From positions 1,971 through 65,970 of the forward strand of contig CAYFXN010000003.1 in assembly GCA_964347065.1 (NCBI GenBank): a stretch of DNA of 64,000 nt, in the 5' to 3' direction. Source of the stretch: an uncultured bacterium (lineage in GTDB: Bacteria > Desulfobacterota > Deferrimicrobia > J040). Both the position numbers and the translations under genes were made by a program. The notes under the pieces are model-generated. The model was not told where the DNA came from. It saw only the letters and a list, made by a program, of their open reading frames with translations, and ran no database searches. Of this stretch, positions 59,086-64,000 are shown piece by piece (the first letter of the stretch is position 1; each line of letters starts with the position of its first letter).

Positions 59086-60402
59086 ATGATCGATAGGTAT
59101 GCGAGAAAGGAGATGGCCTCCATATGGGAACCCGAGAACAAGTTTCAAATATGGCTGAAGATTGAAATATTAGCCGCTGAGGCCATGACCGAACTGGGCA
59201 TAGTTCCAAAGGACGCGATGAAAAAGATAAAGGAGAAGGCGAACTTCAGCCAGGAGAGGATTTCGGAGATAGAGGAGGTTGTGAAACATGACGTAATAGC
59301 ATTTCTCCAGTCGGTGGCCGAATACATCGGCGATGAATCCGCATACCTTCATCTTGGTCTCACCTCCTCCGATATACTCGATACGTCCTTCGCCGTTCAA
59401 CTCGTTCAGGCGACGGACATTCTCATCGACGGCGTGAAGAAAATAGTAAAAGTTCTCAAGCAGAAGGCAGAGCAGTACAAGGATGTTCCCATCATGGGGA
59501 GGACTCACGGTATTCACGCGGAACCCGTTACGGTCGGCTTGAAATTTCTTTCCTGGTACGAGGAAATGAAGCGGAATGAAAAAAGGCTGAGAGAGGCGAG
59601 GGATGAAATCTCGTACGGTAAACTGAGCGGCGCAGTCGGCACCTATGCGAATGTGGATCCATATGTGGAACAATACGTTATGAAAAAAATGGGACTCAAG
59701 CCGGAGCCGGTATCAACGCAGGTAGTCCCCCGAGACCGGCACGCTCGGTATTTCTCTACTCTCGCTATAATTGGGTCCTCACTAGAGAGGTTCTCCGTTG
59801 AGATTCGTCATTTGCAGAGGACGGAGGTCCGAGAATTTGAGGAGCACTTTTCTGAGGGGCAGAAAGGTTCTTCAGCCATGCCTCACAAGAAAAACCCGAT
59901 TTTGTCGGAAAACCTGACGGGTCTGGCCCGGTTGCTTCGTGGCTACGGAATGGCATCTCTGGAAAATGTTGCCCTTTGGCATGAGAGGGACATTTCTCAT
60001 TCCTCTGTAGAACGCGTTGTAGCCCCAGATGCGACTATCGTCCTCGACTTTATGTTCAACAGATTTCTCGAAACATTACACTCCCTCTTTGTGAACGAAG
60101 AAAACATCAGGGAAAATATGAAGAAAAGTTACAACCTGTTTTATTCACAGAGATTGCTGGTAGAGCTTGCAAAAAGGGGATATGAACGGGACAAAGCATA
60201 CGAACTCGTCCAGAATAAAGCTATGAAAGCGTGGGAGGAAAAAAGGGACTTTCAGTCCATCGTTCGAAAATCGAGCAAAATAAAGCGAATTCTGAGTGAC
60301 ATTGATCTTGATTCTGTTTTCGACATCAAATACTATTTCCGACATATCGATTATATTTACCAAAAGAGCGGCGTTAAGCATCGGAAGAGGGGTGAGCATT
60401 GA
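59086..60402 (+). CDS. purB: Adenylosuccinate lyase
   Basis: Fumarate-lyase signature SSAMPHKKNP. 438 aa. Confidence 0.9.
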   Translation: MIDRYARKEMASIWEPENKFQIWLKIEILAAEAMTELGIVPKDAMKKIKEKANFSQERISEIEEVVKHDVIAFLQSVAEYIGDESAYLHLGLTSSDILDTSFAVQLVQATDILIDGVKKIVKVLKQKAEQYKDVPIMGRTHGIHAEPVTVGLKFLSWYEEMKRNEKRLREARDEISYGKLSGAVGTYANVDPYVEQYVMKKMGLKPEPVSTQVVPRDRHARYFSTLAIIGSSLERFSVEIRHLQRTEVREFEEHFSEGQKGSSAMPHKKNPILSENLTGLARLLRGYGMASLENVALWHERDISHSSVERVVAPDATIVLDFMFNRFLETLHSLFVNEENIRENMKKSYNLFYSQRLLVELAKRGYERDKAYELVQNKAMKAWEEKRDFQSIVRKSSKIKRILSDIDLDSVFDIKYYFRHIDYIYQKSGVKHRKRGEH

Positions 60403-60644
60403 AGGCGCGGGTATTTGTGACAATGAAAAGAGGAGTACTCGAACCCCAGGGGAGGGTCGTAGCAGGATCACTGGAAAATCTGGGTTACAGCGAAGTAAGG
60501 GGGGTAAGAATAGGAAAGGTTATGGATATCGAGTTGGAGGATATGCCGGAGGACAGGGCGAATAAGCTGCTCGATGAAATTTGTCAAAAACTCCTTGCAA
60601 ATCCTGTGATTGAAGATTATAGCTTCGAGATTGTTAAAAAATGA
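60399..60644 (+). CDS. purS: Phosphoribosylformylglycinamidine synthase subunit PurS
   Basis: 81 aa, MKARVFVTMKRGVLEPQGRVV. TTG start overlapping the purB stop. Confidence 0.8.
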   Translation: MKARVFVTMKRGVLEPQGRVVAGSLENLGYSEVRGVRIGKVMDIELEDMPEDRANKLLDEICQKLLANPVIEDYSFEIVKK

Positions 60645-60812
60645 TTGGATGCCAGGTCAAACAGGAAGGGAGTTATGATGCAATATTCTAGGATTCTGCG
60701 CCGGAAATCTTCCATTATTGTCCCGGCGTAAAGATCGGGGCAACAAGTCTGGCTTTCTCATTTTCGGCGGCAATCGTTGGTTGGAGAATCAGCTCACCAG
60801 CTGGAGGGCAGT

Positions 60813-61514
60813 ATGAGAGGCGGAGTCTTGGTTTTTCCAGGATCCAACTGCGACCATGACTGCTATCATGTTTTAAAGCACGTGTTCAAAATGAAGACGG
60901 ATTTTGTCTGGCACAGGGAATCCAATCTCGATGACTATGATCTTATTGTTGTGCCGGGAGGTTTTACCTACGGCGATTACCTGAGAACAGGGGCAATGGC
61001 AAAGCTCTCTCCGGTTATGACAGCGTTGAAAAGATTTGTTGACAAGGGCGGCCCCGTCCTTGGAATATGCAACGGGTTCCAGATACTTCTGGAAGCGGCT
61101 CTGCTCCCCGGCGCAATGATGGCAAATCTCTCTTTAAAGTTTATCTGCGCTTACGTCTCCTTGAGAACGGAAACGGAAGCAACCCCCTTTACTTCCCTTC
61201 TTCAGAAAGGGAGGGTTCTCAGGATCCCGATCGCTCATTACCAGGGAAACTATATCGCTTCCCCCGATACCGTGAAAGAGCTTGAGGACAGGGATCAGAT
61301 TGTTTTCAAGTATTGTAATCCGGAGGGCGAGGTTGTGGAGTCGGCGAACCCGAACGGATCCATAATGAATATAGCGGGCATCTGTAACCGTGAGAGAAAT
61401 GTCGTTGGAATGATGCCTCATCCGGAGAGGTGTTCTGAGGAGGAACTCGGTTCTGTCGACGGACGCTTCATATTTCAGTCCGTCATCGAGTATCTCGCAG
61501 GGAAGGTGTCATGA
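60813..61514 (+). CDS. purQ: Phosphoribosylformylglycinamidine synthase subunit PurQ (glutaminase)
   Basis: [16 protein letters not shown], catalytic GICNGFQ, HPE triad. The ATG at 60813 has a GGAGGG RBS. Confidence 0.85.
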   Translation: MRGGVLVFPGSNCDHDCYHVLKHVFKMKTDFVWHRESNLDDYDLIVVPGGFTYGDYLRTGAMAKLSPVMTALKRFVDKGGPVLGICNGFQILLEAALLPGAMMANLSLKFICAYVSLRTETEATPFTSLLQKGRVLRIPIAHYQGNYIASPDTVKELEDRDQIVFKYCNPEGEVVESANPNGSIMNIAGICNRERNVVGMMPHPERCSEEELGSVDGRFIFQSVIEYLAGKVS

Positions 61515-63733
61515 AGGAAGTTCGCATTACTCCCGAGCTCATTCGGGAACATAACCTGTCGAAAGAGGAGTATGAAAGAATCCTTTCGATACTCGGCCGG
61601 GACCCCAACATTACTGAGCTCGGTATTTTTTCCGTTCTCTGGAGCGAGCACTGCAGTTATAAATCGTCAAAGCTGCACCTGAAAAAATTTCCCACCAAAG
61701 GACCGTATGTCATACAAGGCCCGGGGGAGAACGCAGGGGTGATCGATATCGGTTACGGTCTGGCAGCGGTTTTTAAAATGGAATCCCACAATCACCCTTC
61801 TTTTATTGAGCCATACCAGGGAGCGGCCACTGGGGTGGGAGGGATACTTCGCGATGTGTTCACCATGGGAGCGAGACCGATCGCTCTGCTGAACTCCCTC
61901 CGCTTCGGCAATGTGAACAACCCTCGTACGCGGTATCTCGTGGAGGGGGTCGTTTCCGGAATCGCCGGATATGGAAATTGTATCGGGATCCCCACGGTTG
62001 GCGGGGAGATATACATGGAAGACTGTTATGACGGCAATATTCTCGTTAACGTTTTTACCGTTGGAATTGCAAAAAAGGACAGGATATTTAAGGGTTTGGC
62101 GGGTGGTATCGGAAACCCGGTTATTTACGTGGGGGCAAAAACGGGGAGAGATGGCATTCACGGCGCCACCATGGCATCTGAGGAGTTCGACAGAGAGTCT
62201 GAGGAAAAACGGCCGACCGTTCAGGTCGGTGACCCATTTATGGAGAAGTTGCTTCTGGAAGCCTGTCTGGAGTTGATGAAAACAGACTGTATAGTGGGAA
62301 TTCAGGACATGGGTGCAGCGGGTCTCACAAGTTCCTCGTTTGAAATGGCGGGGAGAGCGGGAAGCGGGATAGACATGGACCTTGATCTCGTGCCTCTCCG
62401 TGAAGAGGGAATGACTCCGTATGAGATAATGTTGTCTGAGTCTCAAGAAAGAATGCTCCTCGTTTCAAGGAAAGGGAAGGAGAAGGATGTTATCGATGTC
62501 TTCAAAAAATGGGACCTCGACGCAGTTGTCATCGGTTGGGTGACTGATGACGGGTTGGTTCGGGTTCGCAAAAACGGATCTGTTGTCGCTGAACTTCCCG
62601 TAAAACCCTTGACTACAGAAGCTCCTGTTTATGACCGTCCCTACGCAAGACCCAAGTACCAGGATGATATTAACCGGCTCGACATGAATGAGCTGGAGAT
62701 TCCCGGTGACCTGAAAGGGGTTTTCCGCAAGCTTATTTCTTCGATTGAGGGGAGTGACAAGAGCTGGATCTACAGGCAATACGACCATATGATAAGGACG
62801 AATACGGTTGTTCTCCCAGGATCCGACGCTGCGGTTTTGAAGGTAAAAGGTACTTCTCTCGGCATCGCAATAAGCGTTGATTGCAACAGCAGGTTTTGCT
62901 TTCTCGACCCGTACCAGGGGGGGGTGATAACGGTTGCCGAGGCGGCGAGGAACGTGGCGGTATCGGGAGCAAGACCCCTGGCGTTGACTGATTGCCTGAA
63001 CTTTGGAAATCCCGAAAAGCCCGATGTCATGTGGCAGTTCAAAAGTAGCGTTGAGGGAATGACAGAAGCCTGCGTTCGACTCGAGACTCCCGTTGTTTCC
63101 GGAAACGTGAGTTTCTACAACGAGACGATGGGAAGGGGAATTTTTCCCACACCGACGGTCGCGATGGTGGGTGTGATAAAAGATTATACTATCGCGCTGG
63201 CACAGCATTTCAAGAGAGCGGGAGACGTTCTCTATATCGCCGGTCCCGACCAGAGGGAAATGGACATCGGAGGGTCACTCTATTTGAAGGAGATTCACGG
63301 AATGATAAAAGGCATGCCTCCGATGATCGATCTCGACTATGAGAAAAGGCTTCACAGGTTTCTCGTCGAGGGAACGAAACGGTTTTACTTCGAGTCGGCC
63401 CATGACATTTCCGAAGGTGGTTTTGCCGTTGCTATCGCTGAGTGCTGCTTTCCCCCATCAGGCGGCCCAATCGGCTGTGTGGTCGTAAATCCCTACGAAG
63501 GCTTAAGACCTGATGTGGCGCTGTTCGGTGAGACGCAGGGACGTGTTATAATAAGTTTAATCGCGGAGAAGGAAGAGGATTTTCTTAAGTTTTCCGCCGA
63601 AAATGACGTGCAGGTGAGGAAAATCGGGGAAACCGTGGGGGAGAGATTCACGATAGATGGATTCATCGATATCGGCATTGATGAGGCATGCACTGTATGG
63701 AAAGAATCGTTCAGGAAGAACATATCCCTCTGA
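61511..63733 (+). CDS. purL: Phosphoribosylformylglycinamidine synthase subunit PurL
   Basis: 740 aa. PurM-like domains (HNHPS, GAAGL). ATGA overlap with purQ. Confidence 0.9.
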   Translation: MKEVRITPELIREHNLSKEEYERILSILGRDPNITELGIFSVLWSEHCSYKSSKLHLKKFPTKGPYVIQGPGENAGVIDIGYGLAAVFKMESHNHPSFIEPYQGAATGVGGILRDVFTMGARPIALLNSLRFGNVNNPRTRYLVEGVVSGIAGYGNCIGIPTVGGEIYMEDCYDGNILVNVFTVGIAKKDRIFKGLAGGIGNPVIYVGAKTGRDGIHGATMASEEFDRESEEKRPTVQVGDPFMEKLLLEACLELMKTDCIVGIQDMGAAGLTSSSFEMAGRAGSGIDMDLDLVPLREEGMTPYEIMLSESQERMLLVSRKGKEKDVIDVFKKWDLDAVVIGWVTDDGLVRVRKNGSVVAELPVKPLTTEAPVYDRPYARPKYQDDINRLDMNELEIPGDLKGVFRKLISSIEGSDKSWIYRQYDHMIRTNTVVLPGSDAAVLKVKGTSLGIAISVDCNSRFCFLDPYQGGVITVAEAARNVAVSGARPLALTDCLNFGNPEKPDVMWQFKSSVEGMTEACVRLETPVVSGNVSFYNETMGRGIFPTPTVAMVGVIKDYTIALAQHFKRAGDVLYIAGPDQREMDIGGSLYLKEIHGMIKGMPPMIDLDYEKRLHRFLVEGTKRFYFESAHDISEGGFAVAIAECCFPPSGGPIGCVVVNPYEGLRPDVALFGETQGRVIISLIAEKEEDFLKFSAENDVQVRKIGETVGERFTIDGFIDIGIDEACTVWKESFRKNISL

Positions 63734-63747
63734 CGCGAAGGAAGTAA

Positions 63748-64000
63748 ATGTCTTTTGAAATACATGATGAGTGTGGGATATTCGGGGTATTTGGCCACTC
63801 CGAAGCGTCGAACCTTACCTACCTCGGGTTGCATGCCCTTCAGCACAGGGGACAGGAATCAGCGGGAATAGCTTCATCCGACGGGGATTGTCTGTATTTC
63901 CATAAGGAGATGGGTCTCGTTGCGGATATCTTCGACGGTGAGACACTCGACAAGCTTCCCGGCCACATGGCGATCGGGCACGTAAGGTATTCGACTACGG
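63748..64000 (+). CDS. purF: Amidophosphoribosyltransferase (3'-truncated by the window end)
   Basis: [20 protein letters not shown]... has the N-terminal nucleophile Cys (ECGIFGV). GAAGGAAG RBS. No stop before the window end. Confidence 0.8.
   Translation, partial: MSFEIHDECGIFGVFGHSEASNLTYLGLHALQHRGQESAGIASSDGDCLYFHKEMGLVADIFDGETLDKLPGHMAIGHVRYSTT

Overview
This 64 kb window is a gene-dense (about 90% coding) chromosomal segment of a diderm (Gram-negative-type) bacterium; the lineage cannot be assigned from sequence alone. I call about 60 CDS and 2 tRNAs, almost all conserved housekeeping functions. I found no IS elements, integrases, phage genes, CRISPR arrays, toxin-antitoxin pairs or recognisable defence genes. 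GC content looks uniform, with no compositional island.

Main contents, in order:
- A TamB-like gene abutting an Omp85/BamA gene.
- A small signalling and unknown cluster: RDD protein, GGDEF-GAF cyclase, sensorless histidine kinase, PflA-like radical SAM enzyme, and a small orphan protein.
- rnr, a response regulator with a very long poly-acidic region, valS, nadC and queD.
- A divergent futalosine-pathway gene (MqnA/MqnD family).
- A tightly coupled sirtuin / Mut7-C / rsmD / coaD string.
- A large fused sugar-1-P nucleotidylyltransferase-phosphomannomutase.
- coaBC directly followed by a family-4 UDG.
- An NfeD-stomatin pair and the E. coli-like queA-tgt-yajC-secD-secF block.
- recJ, and a DUF2062-speB-pdaD polyamine module using a pyruvoyl-dependent arginine decarboxylase.
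- fabH, pyrK and pyrD.
- The conserved rimP-nusA-ylxR-infB-DUF503-rbfA-nrnA-truB-rpsO-pnp-M16 peptidase-dut super-operon.
- purB, purS, purQ, purL and the start of purF.

The most interesting points are modest in scale. They are a leader terminator-like hairpin directly upstream of rimP-nusA, the sirtuin-Mut7-C coupling, the poly-acidic response regulator, the lone AmmeMemoRadiSam-like radical SAM enzyme, and a 530 bp non-coding divergent region. I could not support a large novel system from the sequence. Many gene junctions use 4-nt ATGA-type overlaps, and several genes appear to use TTG or GTG starts.
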